NCBI RefSeq assembly: GCF_006345805.1
Contig: NC_043022.1
Span: forward strand, 23,994,001 to 24,058,000
Direction of reading: 5' to 3'
Length of the DNA stretch: 64,000 nt
DNA from: Octopus sinensis
Lineage: Eukaryota
The position numbers and the translations under genes were made by a program. This document shows positions 1 through 14,451 of the stretch, in pieces. The notes under the pieces were generated by a model. That model did not search any database. It had not been told where the DNA came from and saw nothing but the letters and a program-made list of their open reading frames with translations. Numbering within the stretch: position 1 is the stretch's first letter; the number at the start of each line of letters is the position of its first letter.

Positions 1-30
1 ATATCAACGTGATGGTTTCAAATTCTGGCG
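1..30 (-). CDS. Candidate coding exon (5' part; runs off the window edge), unknown gene
   Basis: Minus-strand acceptor aatctttttctcttttcccag| at 51-31. Only the phase-1 frame is open: (x)PEFETITLI. The other two frames hit TGA. Confidence 0.4.
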
Positions 31-391
31 CTGGGAAAAGAGAAAAAGATTACGACGACCCTAGTACTATTGTAAATATACAAAAGGACAGAGAAATGCG
101 GTAGAAATGATTTCGTCTTGAGTCACTGGTGTGTGAAGGCAACGAAAAGACCGGTTGATCGGAACTTTGAATCGGATCAGGTAAAATCTATTTACTTTAA
201 AGACATCAAATAGCTGCACACATACAGATGCGAGCGTGTGTGTATACATACGCACACAAACTGGTACGTGTATGCGTTGATGCGAAGATGAATGTAAGTT
301 ACAAAAAAGCTTCTTTATAAATGTACGTATATTCATACATACTTTTACACACACATATGTGTATGTGTATATAGATATACATCATACATAC

Positions 392-422
<31 letters not shown>

Positions 423-1825
423 ATTATATATATTATATTATATATATAATATATATATTATATATACACATATACATATACATATGAATATGTTAGCATA
501 TATACACAGGCATATACATATATACATACGTACATACACATAGATACAGATAGATTCATACACATGCATAGACATACGCACAAACCCTAGCACAGATATA
601 CATAAAGATAGAGACACATGCACACATTCACATATACACACAAATATATAGTATATATTTATCCTGTATATCACTTTTTAATTTTGCTATCATTTTTTAA
701 AAGTGTTTGATGGACATTAATATTCTTCAAAGGAAGAATTTTTAACGTAATTTTTGCGGACGGTGAAAAATACAGAAAGCAAAAGAGAAACCATATGAAA
801 CAAACAAACAAACAAACAAACAAACGAATGAATAAATAAATAAGCAAGAACTGCAAATCCTTACACAAAATAATATAGAAGATGAGTAATAGCTGTTCAC
901 TATATATCAAGAGAGTCTGTTTGGAAGTATATGAGAAAGAGATTGATAATGTGTCGGCAATTCGAAACAAGCTCGTTTCTTCAGTTTAGTATTAGAATGG
1001 AGCAGTGGGGGCAGCGAGCTGGCAAAATCGTTAGCACACCGGGCAAAATGCTTAGCGGCATTTCGTCCGCCTCTACGTTCGGAGTTCAAATCCCACCGAG
1101 GTCAACTATGTTTTTTTTATTCTTTCGGAGTCGATAAAATAAGTACCATTTCAGCACAGGGGTCAATATAATCGACTAGCCTTTTTCCCCAAAATTTCAG
1201 GCCTTGTGCCTATAGCAGAAAGGATTATTATTATTGTGATTATTATTAACTTCAAATTCTGCAGAGTTCTACTTTACCCATCATCCTTAGGGGTCGATAA
1301 AATAAGTACCAGTTGAGCCCTGGGGTTGATGTAATCGTTTTGCCCTTCCTCTCAAATTGCTGGCCTGGTGCCAAAATTTGAAACTAGTATTGGTGTAAAT
1401 TAGTGAATGATATGAAATTTCTTAGTAAAGCATAAACATCATATTTTAATGCAATCCTGAATGTTAATGCTTTGTTTAATGCCTGCATAACGCCGGTTGG
1501 TCCTTTATTTTCTTTTATCATCAAATATAGGCGCAGGCAAAGAAAGTTCGCTTTGCAACCAAATGGTTTCGGGTTCAGTCACACTACGCGACACCTCGGG
1601 CAAATGCCTTCTACTATTGTCTCAGCCTGACCAAAGACTTGTGAGTAGTAATAAAAGACTGCATGGTAAGAAGTTTGCTCCCCAATTACAGTGTTCCGGG
1701 TTCAGTCCCACTGCGTGACACCTTAGCTAACCAAAGCATTGTGAGTGGCTGTGTTGTAAGTATAGGCGCAGGAGTAGCTGTGTGGTAAGTAGCTTTCTTA
1801 CCAACCATATGGTTCCGCTAGGTTA

Positions 1826-2100
1826 AAATAATAATAATAATAAATGTTCCTTCTTGAGCCATGCCAGGCTCATAAGGGCCGGTTTCCTGGTTTCAGTGGC
1901 GTAGAAATCCACCCCCCACCCTCGGACGGGACGCCGGTCCGTCGCAGGATTACTCATTTTTGCCAGCTGAGTGGACTGGAGCAACGTGAAATGAAGTGTT
2001 TTGCTCAAGAACACAACGCATCGCTCGGTCCAGGACTCGAAACCACAACATTACGATCATGAGTTCAACACCCTAACCACTAAGCCACGCGCCTCCACAA
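1826..2100 (-). mobile_element. SINE family D with (TTA)n tail, inserted into a family B copy
   Basis: 11-bp TSD ccgctaggtta (1815-1825, 2101-2111). Relatives at 10051-10350, 49430-49545 and 50525-50720. Confidence 0.85.
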
Positions 2101-2438
2101 CCGCTAGGTTACCGGGACGTAAATAAATCTACACCGGTTGTCAAGTGTCTAATGACTGAAACAAATAAATCATAAAAGATATATATGTGTGTGTGTTTGT
2201 GTGCGTGTGTATGTGTGTGTGTTTGTCTTTGTTTTTGTGCTTGACAAGTGTCTTCTATAACCCCGTGCTGAACAAAGCCGTGTGGGTGAATTTGGTAAGC
2301 GGAAACTGAACGAAGCCCGTCGTATATACACAGATATCTATGTATGTATGTCTTGGTGTATGTGTTTGTCCCTCAACCCTGCTTGACAACCGGTGTGTGT
2401 CTACGGTCTCCGTAGCCTGGTGGTTTCTACTCACTAAA

Positions 2439-2672
2439 GGCGGCGAGCTGGCAGAAACGTTAGCATGCCGGGCGAAATGCTTAGCGGTATTTCGTCTGCC
2501 GTTACGTTGTGAGTTCAAATTCCGCCGAGGTCGACTTTGCCTTTCATCCTTTCGGGGTCGATAAATTAAGTACCAGTTACGCACTGGGGTCGATGTAATC
2601 GACTTAATACCTATGTCTGTCCTTGTTTGTCCCCTCTGTGTTTAGCCCCTTGTGGGTAATAAAGAAATAGGT
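2439..2672 (+). mobile_element. SINE family A (tRNA-derived head, Meta-domain-like core), full-length
   Basis: ggcggcgagctggcagaaacgttagc...gtcgactttgcctttcatcctttcggggtcgataaattaagtaccag...aaagaaataggt. About 20 related copies in the window, e.g. 1010, 20050, 30426, 39590, 45540, 46515, 56497. Confidence 0.9.
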
Positions 2673-2734
2673 TACTACTCGCTAACAAACAAACCGACAG
2701 GTAGGGAGACGAATAAGCAAATAAAACAGACAGG

Positions 2735-2796
<62 letters not shown>

Positions 2797-2854
2797 TGCA
2801 GGTGGACAGATAGTCCGGCAGGCAGGCAGACAAGTCGCAATGTTTTATAGATTT

Positions 2855-3095
2855 TTACAGTTCCATTGATGACTTGGATCTGTCTTCGAATCATCTTTCT
2901 CCTGTCTGGTTTTGAGACGTTTAATTTCTCAAGATTGGTATTTAGGCAGTGTGTTGTATATCTAGTGCTCCAATAATTACTGGTATAAACCTCAACTTGT
3001 AATCTGGACAGAGTAGCTGTAGATTCTCCAATAGTTCAGTACAGGTATTCACGTCTTCGCTGATCGTACATGCATGGCATACATACATACATACA

Positions 3096-3128
<33 letters not shown>

Positions 3129-3167
3129 GCATATATACATACATACGTACACACATACATACATACA

Positions 3168-3201
<34 letters not shown>

Positions 3202-3251
3202 CATACATACATACATACATATATACATATATACATACATACGTACACACA

Positions 3252-3285
<34 letters not shown>

Positions 3286-3695
3286 CATACATATATACAT
3301 ACATACATACGTACATAATACATACATGCATACATACATACATACATACATATATACATATTAACACCGAAGATATTACCCACATCACAAGTGGTTGTCC
3401 AAAAATGTCAACTTCCGGTGGGCAGCTGACTTCTACAATTGTACACAGTTTCTTTCCTCCGTCCCAAATTACAATGTCAGGTCTATTGTGTTTACATATT
3501 ATTGAAGTTTACACAGAGACATTCCACAAGCATTCCTTTTTATTACGAGTGGCTATACCATACTGTAGGTTCTTATTTCTGTGGCCTCGGGGTTGTCCTT
3601 CCGACGGATCTCATTATACAGCGTCCTTGCTACAACATCATGTCTTATTGGTAGATAATACTGTGAGGACATTTTCGGACAACTGCTTCGATGTT
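2855..3695 (-). mobile_element. Decayed RLE-type non-LTR retrotransposon 3' region (Zn knuckle plus PD-(D/E)xK endonuclease), split by (TACA)n and a short inverted piece
   Basis: Manual translation gives SSCPKMSSQYYLPIRHDVVARTLY, KHNRPDIVIWDGGKKLCTIVEVSCP, LLENLQLLCPDYKLRFIPVIIGAL and IRRQIQVINGTVKIYKT. Confidence 0.85.
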
Positions 3696-4359
3696 AGTAT
3701 ATATGTATTTATATATGTATGTATGTGCATAAGCATATATGTCCGTATGTAGGTATTTATGTATGTATTTATGTATATATGTATGTATGTATATATGTAT
3801 GTATGTCCGTATGTAGGTATGTACGTATGTATGTATGAGCGTATGTATTTATGTATGTACGTATGTAGTGTGGTGCTTAAAAAGATTACATGGGGCATAA
3901 GAATTACACCATTATTAATTCCTGTAATGCGTGTCTGAGGTTATAACCAACACCATCCTCCCACCATTCCACCCGCCCACCCCACCACCGTCACCACCAC
4001 AACATTTCTACTGCTACTGCTGCTGCTGCTGCTACAGTATTTAACGTTCAGTTTTCTTCTCCATTTTCTGCTGCAATCCACTTTAGACGATGTTCGCCCC
4101 TATAACAAGGTGTTTTGTCCCCTGAGATTTGAGGAAGCCGTTCTATGAGCCCTACTCCTCCTTCTCCTTCACCTCCTCCTTCTCCTTCTCCTCCGAGAAT
4201 AACAACAACAACAACAACAATAATAATAATAATGATAATAATATCGATAACAATAACCGCACACTAGTACTTGTATAAGTTTGCAAGGGAAGCCATATTT
4301 ATTGATAAGCCAACCCTCTTCACTCCTGCTCTCTTTAACTGTGATATAATACCAGACGC

Positions 4360-4565
4360 ACTACAACAACAACGGTTACCACCTCCACCAATACCTCAAC
4401 CCCACCACCACCACCACCACCAGCACTAACTGTCCTCTCCACCATAACCAGAATCGCCACCATCACAAACAATTACCACTGTTACTGCTGCCACAACTTC
4501 AACAACCACCACCACTGCTGTATACGTCACTACCAGTATTATAACTACTACTACTGATGCTGCTG

Positions 4566-4623
<58 letters not shown>

Positions 4624-5290
4624 AACCATCACCACTAACAACAACCAGAACAGCGGCAGCTACAACCCTAGCAACGACATCAACCCCGACTTCATTGCAA
4701 CCACCAAAACTACTGCCATCACAACCATCGTTGTAACTACCACCACATAAACCATAATTAACATTACTGCTACCATTACCTCAACTACCACTACTACTAC
4801 TACTACTGCCGGCGCTGCCACACCCACCACTATCAGTATCACCATCAACAGCAACGCTACCGACACGACCATTACCACCACCACCACCACCACCACCACC
4901 ACTACAACCACCTCTGCCACAACCAACATAAACACTACCACCACCACTACCACCACTATCACCACAATCACTACACTCCACCATAACCACCACCACAACC
5001 AACACTACTACCGCAACCAACGTAACCACAACCACCACATCCTCTACCACCACCAACACCACTACAACTCTCACCACCACTATCACCACCTCAATCACCA
5101 CAACAACCACCACCATCACCACTACCGTTGCCCCACTATTACCACAGCCACTTCACCACTAATACTACCTCCAAAACAACCACTTTGCCACTACGACCAC
5201 CACCACGTTCTCATTATTGCCACCACCACTTCACTACTACTCCCCCTACCATAAATAAACTCATACTACGACCAGCACCACAAAACACAC
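4360..5290. repeat. Compound trinucleotide microsatellite (ACC/ACT/ACA)n
   Basis: Direct reading; source of the poly-V ORFs. Confidence 0.95.
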
Positions 5291-6558
5291 GCCCACCGCC
5301 CTAACCCGTCACCTACCCACCCTGCTGGACCTTTCCCTCGTACCCCCTCGGAAACCCGAATGTTTACAGTGCCTATTGACAAGGTGAGTTTCACTCATAT
5401 ACTCTCTCTCTCTCTCTCTCTCACCCTCCCTTTCACCTTGGGTGTCAAGTCACGTGTCATACAGCTGTATGTTGTTGGTGGGGTGCACATGTATATCTGT
5501 GTGACAGTTTATGTGCATGTTTGCATGTGTGCATGTGCACGTACGCGTGCTTAACTAAAGGAATAAGCACGTGTGTGTGCGCCTGTACAAGCGAGTCTTC
5601 TAACAGAAGTGTATACATGTGTATGTGTATGCCTTCATGTCTGTACATGTGAGTACATGAACATGTATGCATATGCTATGCATGTGTACATGTGTGTAAA
5701 TACGCATGTGTTTGAACCCATATACTTTTGTTTACGCGTTATATCTTTTATAGTGCGGCATGTGTCTGTGTGTTTTTATTTGCGAGCCAGCATGCTTGCG
5801 CCCGTGCGTGTGTGTTAATGTCTATATGCATATATAATATAGATGTATACACACACATACACACATGTGTAGGATTTGTATGTGGCGTACACGAACAAAT
5901 ACATACATACATACATATAATATATATGTGGTGTGTATGTATATATATAGTGGCATATATATATATATAATATATAGTATATATATATATATTATATATA
6001 TATATATATATGTATTATATGTAGTATGTATGTATGTTTGTATATTTAGATGCGTATATATAAAATACATGTATATATATGTATGTGTGTATGTGTATAT
6101 GCAAATATGTATGTCGATGTGTATTTGTATGTAAATGTATATGTGTGACTAAGTGTGCGTTGTCTATAGGTGAAATATATATTGCAGTGATCAATGGCGC
6201 ATAATTATAGTTTGTGCAAAATCGTTTTACTTCAACTTCCGGTCATGTTTACATCATGGCCGCCATATCAAATTTCCACCATCAAATTTCTCGCCCTATA
6301 ATTAGTTTCATTTTTGGTTATTCTCCTGTAATATATCACTTTGTGTTGTGTTTGATCGTCCCCCGCTTTCACAACCCCTATCGGCATACACACACACACA
6401 CACACACACCACACACACACACACATATATATATATACATATGTATGCATTTATGTGTATGTGCATGTATGATCGTATATATATCTCAGTGTATGTATGC
6501 ATGTACGTATGTGTTTTTATGTATAAATTTTGATTGTGTATATATATATATATATATA

Positions 6559-6605
<47 letters not shown>

Positions 6606-6640
6606 AAAGTGTACGTACGCCGCTATATATATTAATATAT

Positions 6641-6675
<35 letters not shown>

Positions 6676-6779
6676 TATAAACATGCATTCAGAAAAACAT
6701 ATACACATAGTTACATACAAGTATAAATCCACACACATATAAATATATATATATATATATGTGGTGTATTATATATATA

Positions 6780-6853
<74 letters not shown>

Positions 6854-7541
6854 GTGTGTGTGGGGGCTGTACACACCTATATAATTATGTATATGTATAT
6901 GCATCTATATATATTTGCATATGTATGTGTGTATATACGTTTATATGTCATACATACTTACATACACACACAGACACACCCTCACATACAAGAGAAGGTA
7001 TGATTCAGAAATTTGTTTCGCAGCCACTCGGTTTCGTTTTCAGTCTCACAGTGCAGATCCTTTGGTAAGTTTCTTTTTACTGTGGTACCTTGGGCCATCA
7101 AAAACCTTGTGAGTGATTTTGCTAGAAGGAAACTGCGTGAAAGCCCGTCATACATATTTGTATGTCTGCGTGCATGCGAGCGTGAGTGCGTGCGGTGTGA
7201 TCGTGTCTGTGTTTGTCCCCTACCACCACTTGAGAACCGGTGTTAATGTGGTTCCGTCCCTCTAACTTAGCGGTTCTGCAAAAGTGACTGATAGAATAAG
7301 TACCAGGCTTATTCAGAATATAAAAACTGGGGTCACTTCATTTGACTAAGTTTTCTTCAAAAAGGTGCCCCAGCAACGTCGCAGTCAATGGCGGAAACAA
7401 GTGCAGACCCTTCAACGGGTTCAACCTTACAGGTTTGAAGGACGAGTCAGAACAATGAGATCCCAAGATATAAAAGTTTCGAAAACAACAGCCATATCAA
7501 ATGCTCACACGCACACACACATACACACACATCAATATATA

Positions 7542-7935
7542 TATTTCTTTATTGCTCACAAGGGGCTAAACAGAGGGGACAAACAAGGACAGACAAAGGG
7601 ATTAAGTCGATTACATCGACCCCAGTGCGTAAATGGCACTTTATTTATTGACCCCGAAAGGATGAAAGGCAAAGTCGACCTCGGCGGAATTTGAACTCAG
7701 AACGTAAAGACAGACGAAATACCTATTTCTTTACTACCCACAAGGAGCTAAACACAGAGAGGACCAACAAGGACAGACACGCGGATTAAGTCGATTATAT
7801 CGACCCCAGTGCGTAACTGGTACTTAATTTATTGACCCCGAAAGGATGAAAGGCAAAGTCGACCATGGCGGATTTTGGACGAAATGGAGCTAAGCATTTC
7901 GCCCGGCGTGCTAACATTTCTGCCAGCTTGCCGCC
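7542..7935 (-). mobile_element. SINE family A dimer (one head, two body+tail units)
   Basis: Junction aaagaaatag|gtatttcgtctg near 7720. Confidence 0.9.
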
Positions 7936-7976
<41 letters not shown>

Positions 7977-8454
7977 GCACACATCAATATATATACACAC
8001 ACACATACGCACACATACATACAAACACGTTGATGTATTTATGTAAGTTTACATGTTTATGTGATTGTATGCATATAAGTCTATGAGTGTGTGTGTGGGG
8101 GGGATAAGTGTAAGGCTTTCTATAAGTGGAATATATATTGCAATGATCAATGGCGTATAATTATAGGTTTCGCAAAAACGTTCTACTTCAACTTCCGGTC
8201 GTGCGCACTATATCAAATTTCCATCATTGAATTCCCCCCACTATAATTTATTTCTAATCAGGTGACAGAAATTCACATGACGTTGGTGAAGGAGCTGCCT
8301 CATCACACTGCTCTCCAATGTCTTACTGAGCATGAGCCGCTCTCTTCTCATCTGTAGGAGCTGCCGCTGATATCTTCATGTATGTCACATGTAATTATGG
8401 ACTCCGCCAGCTTGAGCTCCTCGGTGAATGATCCTTGTGAACATGTTGTAGTTT

Positions 8455-8750
8455 TCTGCCTGACAAAGACCCCTTGCTGTTTTCGTTGAGTCCTGACCTG
8501 CCGGACAAAGACCCCTGCTGTTTTCTATGATGTTCTGACAAAGACCTTCTTCTGTTTTCCTTGATATCCTGACCAGCCGGACAAAGACCCCCTACTGTTT
8601 TTCTTGAGACCTGACCAGCTAGACAAAGACCCCCTACTGTTTTCTTTGATGTCCTGGCCAGCTGGACAAAGAACCATTGCTGTTTTCTTCGATATTCTTT
8701 GACCTGCCGGACAAAGGCCCTCTACGGTTTTCCTAGTTGATGTCCTAGTC
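8455..8750. repeat. Minisatellite, about 7 diverged copies of a ~42-44-bp unit
   Basis: Recurrent cctgacc(t/a)gccggacaaagacccc(t)(a/g)ctgttttc. Confidence 0.85.
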
Positions 8751-8849
8751 TGCAGGAAAAAAACCATTTGATAAACCAAAATCTGACTATTGAAAATGGT
8801 TCTTCCATATAAGACTATTCCATGAATCCACTTTCCGTTTTGCTTTACT

Positions 8850-9090
8850 GTAGGACCGCAGCCATTTCGCAAATCTCCTGAACAACGGCAGCTTTCAGTG
8901 AAGGTATGGATATCAAATATTCTCCCTTTCTGCAAACGTCGTTGTACATATGATTTCAATCTAGTGAGTATGGAGGCCACAAGTTTGATGCTACCTGACC
9001 GTAAATTTTTCTGACATTCCTGCTTCGGCTACGTTGGTTTTACTAGAAAAGTACTGAGTCTTGTTGAAACACATATGGCCACCCACTTCG
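8850..9090 (-). mobile_element. Decayed Tc1/mariner-superfamily transposase DDE/D fragment
   Basis: WPYVFQQDS ... SNLWPPYSLD*NHM ... SIPSLKAAVVQEI (compare FQQDSAP / WPPxSPDLNP). Confidence 0.75.
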
Positions 9091-9307
9091 TAATTCATTC
9101 ATTTAGGGCCGTAGTTCTCAGTCGAGGTCCTTATTAGATTTTATTGTTAAAATTTATGCGCAATAAATTAGTTATACTTCTACAATGCACGAAATATATT
9201 GGTTTCAAATTTTGGCACAAAACCAGTGGGTAAGTCGATGAAATCGATCCCAGTGTTCAATTGGTACTTATTTTATCGATCCCGAAAATATGATTTTGTA
9301 TATATAT

Positions 9308-9341
<34 letters not shown>

Positions 9342-9762
9342 TTTAACACAGTTGTATCGGTAGCCGTTGTGAACTAAAATCTATTCGCCATTGAGCTTCA
9401 CTGCAAAGCAATCGCACAGATGATGACACGGCGATGACAAAGGCATGACAAGATGATGACAACAAAACTATTCATTGTCTCTTTTACCTCTTCTTATTTA
9501 TTGCTGCAGTTGTTCGTAGTTATTATTACTTTTGTTATTAAGGCGGCGAGCTGGCAGAAACGTTAGCACGCCGGGCGAAATGCTTAGCTGTATTTCGTCT
9601 GCCGCTAGTCGAGCAAATCGACCCCGGGACTTATTCTTTGTAAGCCTGGTACTTATTCGATCGGTCTCTTTTGCCGAACCGCTAATTTACGGGGACGTAA
9701 ACACACCAGCATCAGTTGTCAAGCGATGTTGGGGGTGACAAACCCAGACACACAAGCATAAG

Positions 9763-9814
<52 letters not shown>

Positions 9815-9972
9815 CGACGGGCTTCTTTCGGTTTCCGTCTACCAAATCCACTCACAAGGCTTTGGTCGGCCCGAGGCTATAGTAGAAGACACTTGTCCAA
9901 GGTTCCGCGCAGTGGGACTGAACCCGGAACCATGTGGTTCGTAAGCAAGCTACCTACCACCACACAGCCACC

Positions 9973-10050
<78 letters not shown>

Positions 10051-10726
10051 AAGGATAAAAAGCCTCTTCGGTCATGAATGACCATGAGATTGCACCCAGA
10101 AAGCTCCTCTCCGAGGCACAAGTCTGGCCAAGGTTGTTTATGGAAGAGCACCAGTCACCCATGCATACCAGTCTCCCCCCTCTCCATACCACTGATGTAA
10201 TCCAAGGGAAAGGCAAAGGCTGAATACACCTTGGCCCCAGTGATGTCGAAACTCATTTTTACAGCTGAGTGAACTGGAGTAACGTGAAATAAAGTGTCTT
10301 GCTCAAGAACACAACACACAGCCCGGCCCGGAAATCGAACTCACTACCTCATCATTGTGATACATAATATAACCAAACGGAAATATATATAATAAACATG
10401 CATCCATTAAGAGAGATTGACTGAATACAAAAAGCATTTGATGTCGCTACAATGCCTCCTCTTCATCATCATTATCGCCATCACCAACATCACAACCACC
10501 ACCATCACCAACATCACAACCACCGCCACCACCATCACCAACATCTCAACTACCGCCACCACCATCACTATTATCATAATACCTCGATGGAACAAAACGG
10601 AGGACAAAAGAGGATGCACGTGACACATTCAGTCGGGCAGCATGCCCTTCCTTGCCGTGTTTTAAGTGCAACACAGCGAACACTACGTGACCCTCACCTC
10701 CTGTTATCATCACACACACATACACA

Positions 10727-10761
<35 letters not shown>

Positions 10762-11144
10762 CGCCATTCTCCACCCCCTCATTCATAGAACAAACTACAG
10801 CAGCGGCAGCAGTCGTGGTTTCAAACATGTTGCTGAAAGATCAATAATTATTATTGGAAACATTAAATGAAATGAATGAGTTTTGGCAGACGACAGCATC
10901 AAGTGTCAATTAAGACATTTTCAATTGGCCAACTGTTTTAAAACTAACACCAGCCAGCCATGTTCCTTTACGTACAGCTTGTAGTAGTTATTGCTGCTGT
11001 TGTTGTTGTTGATGGTGTTGTTATAATCATTGATGTTGTCGTTGCTAGTGTTGTTGTTTTTGATTTTGTTGTTGTTGTTGTTGTTGTTGCTGATGTTACT
11101 GGTCTAGCTTTTTACTGCTGTTGCTTTCGTTGTTGTTGTTTTTG

Positions 11145-11430
11145 TTTCTTTATTGCCCACAAGGGGCTAAACACAGAGAGGACAAACAAGGACAGACAAA
11201 CGGATTAAGCCAATTATATCGCCCCCAGTGTGTAACTGGTACTTCATTTATCGACCCCGAAAGGATGAAAGGCAAAGTCGACCTCGGCGGAATTTGAACT
11301 CAGAACGTAGCGGCAGACGGAATACCTATTTCTTTACTACCCACAAGGGGCTAAACACAGAGAGGACAAACAAGGACAGACAAACGGATTAAGTCGATTA
11401 TATGGACCCCAGGGCGTAACTGGTACTTAT
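11145..11430 (-). mobile_element. SINE family A partial dimer
   Basis: Same junction near 11321-11330. Confidence 0.85.
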
Positions 11431-11498
11431 TCAGTTCCAAATTCTTGAACGGCTGTTGCTGATGTTGATGGTCCAGCTTTTTACTGCTGTTGCTTTCG

Positions 11499-11534
<36 letters not shown>

Positions 11535-11765
11535 TTGCTGTTGTGGTTGTTATTGTTCTGTTCAAGTTGCATATAAGGTGGCGGGCTGGATCGTGGCATG
11601 TTGTGGTTGATTGCTGTGGTGTTGGTGGTTTTGGTGGTGGTGGTTTTGGTGGTGGTGGTTTTGGTGGTGGTGGTGGTAATGCTGATGGTGATGATCATGA
11701 TACCGACGACGATAATCAGGAATAGGGGGGCGGGAATGACGACGACGACGATGATGATGATGGCG

Positions 11766-11803
<38 letters not shown>

Positions 11804-12483
11804 TATCCTGATGATCATGATAACGATGATTGTGATGATGACGACGATGATAATGATGGTGATGACGATGATAGAGACAATGACGACGACTTTGATGGTG
11901 ATGGTGATGGTGTTGATGAGGATAAGAATGATGATGACGACGATAGCGACCACGATGATGAAGGCGATGACGATTACGATGATATGTTTAATCAGCTGGC
12001 GCTCAATTCTGCCGTGTTAAATGCAAATAGGTCCGCCATTTACTTCAGTCTCAATATAAACATTGATCAGTCTCAAGTGGATCACTAACTTCAACCGAAC
12101 GACCAACGTTAAACTCTTAAACGTTAAGACTAATCTCAAACGTAATGACTGGTCCTAAATCGAATGACCAATCTTTAACTGGACGTCTTCTCGTAAACGG
12201 AAACACTAGTCTTATACTAAAACTACTTTGCCAACCACATGGTTCCAGGTTCAGTCACACTATGTGGCACCTTGGGCAAGTGACTTCTACTATAGACTCG
12301 GGTCGACCAAAGCCTTTTCAGTAGATTTGGTAGGCGGAAACTGAAAAGAATCCCATCGTTTCTATTGAAAAGCGTAGGCTCGAAACGTAAAAGACTTTCT
12401 CACTTCACGAGCGTTAAACTACATCTGTTTGTTGTTTACACACCCGTCTTCGTCTTTTTTTTTTTTTTTTTTTTGTAAATTCC

Positions 12484-12519
<36 letters not shown>

Positions 12520-12726
12520 AACCACTTGTGAATCGATGGCGATTTCTTTTCCTCCGATTTCCTTTTCTATTGGACTTTCCTCTGTCTCCTGTATCTGAAG
12601 AAGAGCCTTGCCCGAAACGTAAAACCACCTATCTTTCCCTCCTGAGCGTCTGCTAATACTTTACCACGTCTTCGCGTCGTTGTTTTTTGTGTGTGTGTTT
12701 GTTCTTCGTTTTATTTGGTGGGGATT

Positions 12727-12770
<44 letters not shown>

Positions 12771-14451
12771 TGTGTGTGTGCGCGCGTTTGTGTCTGTTCC
12801 CCATCACCGCTTGACAAGCGCGGTCAGTTTGTTTACATCCTAGCGGTACGTAAGATGTGTTCAATAAAATAAGTATCAAGCTTGAAACAAATAAAAGAAT
12901 GTGATTCCTAATAATATTTAATTATAAAAATATAAGATTTCTTAAATATCGAGTTCCTAGCATCACCGCTTGACAACCGGTGCTGGTGTGTTCGCGTCCT
13001 CGTAACTTTGCAGTTCGGCAAAAGAAACCGATAGGATAAGTACCAGGCTTTGAGAAAATGTAAGTTCTGGGGTCGATTCATTCAACAAAAAGTTCAAGGC
13101 GGTGCCCCAGCATGGCCGCAGTCTAATAACTAAAACAAGTATTTAATGGAAATGAAAAGACGCGTATGATAATGGCTGGAGCACATTTCATTCCGGTCAT
13201 AGCTCTGCTCGGTCAAGGCTAACCGGGGGCGAAACAACAAACAACAATATCAACATCAACAACATTACAAAGTGTAATAGTCCTTGCTGTACGGTCACGG
13301 GATGGTCACGGCTTGAACGCTTAGGATCATAGGTCTACCCGAACAGAAATGCTGCTTCGCTTTGCTTCTTGCTCTTGCTTGACAGAGCTGGAGTCATCCC
13401 AGGTCTCAGAGGCGTCGTCATGCGAGCAGTACTGACCCATGGTTAAATAACAACGATGATAATACATCTCTGTAATGACAGAGCTCCTTTTGGTGTCTAT
13501 TAGTCATCCAGCTGACCACTACGTGACACGTGACCAACCAGTATAAGTGATTTAGTTTATTGTGTTTATTGTACAAAATATTGAACAAGAAACACGTTCC
13601 TTGTTTGCTTGTTTGCTTATATTTAATTTCTATTCCTTGTTTTCTTTTCTTTCTTTTTACCTTTATTCTTTCTTTCTCTTTTTTTTTAACCACGAATTAT
13701 TTGTATTCAAGAGTCAGAATTAATACGTGACAAACAACTAAGATCATACAATGAAAGGTAGCCATGTTGTTTGGAGGGAGAAAGAAAGAGAGTGGGGCGA
13801 AAGAGCTCGTGAATTTTCCTTTTTATTCTAACCGTGTCGATTTTATAGGGTTTTTATCAGCCACACGGGAATTGTCTGTTTGTGAGTTGGACAAAACATT
13901 GGCAAAATGTTCTATTTGTGAATTCAGCAATATATAACCAATATGTCTGTTTGTCGCTGCCATACAGCATTACCAAAATGTGTGTTCAGAACTTGTCAGA
14001 ACATTACCATAATGTCTAAGAAACTAAATTAGCCTGCTGGATGGTAGTTTCTTTATACCTTCTACACACCATCCATTGGCGTATATTTTTCTTTATGGGG
14101 GTCTTTCACTCCTCTTTCTTTATCTGTCCTTTCACTGCTCTCGAGTCTGCCACATTGAACCCACCATCTCTTGTTGCGTTGATGCTGCTAGTTACTAGGC
14201 TGGTAGAGGCCTCAGATCAGCGGTTTCTGGACTAAGGACGAGTCATTCTCACCCTCTATCTCCGTTGCTTCAACTTGTAGTATATTATGAGCAGCGTTCG
14301 CTGGCCGCGCTTTTGACCCTGTCCAAGAGTTCGTTCTTGTCGGTCACTCTCCATCTCATCACCACCAGAAAATAGGACGGTGCTGATAAAAGTAAATTCC
14401 GTCAATTTTCTCTTCTCAGACCGTGGGCAAGGTGGTGTTTATAAATACCCG

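Noticed and set aside
150-186. Plus-strand donor cag|gtaaaa, and MFTVPIDK|gtgagt at 5380-5409
   Set aside because: No convincing acceptor or consistent plus-strand partner exons; all plus frames from position 1 are closed by 104.
935-985. Hammerhead-like TTGATAA...GAAACAAGCTCGTT
   Set aside because: Two core mismatches and no adequate stem I or II.
8525-8980. 151-aa ORF MASILTRLKSY...
   Set aside because: Off-frame reading of a Tc1/mariner relic running into a non-triplet minisatellite.
14040-14450. Possible LINE ORF remnant on the minus strand
   Set aside because: No diagnostic motif could be identified.
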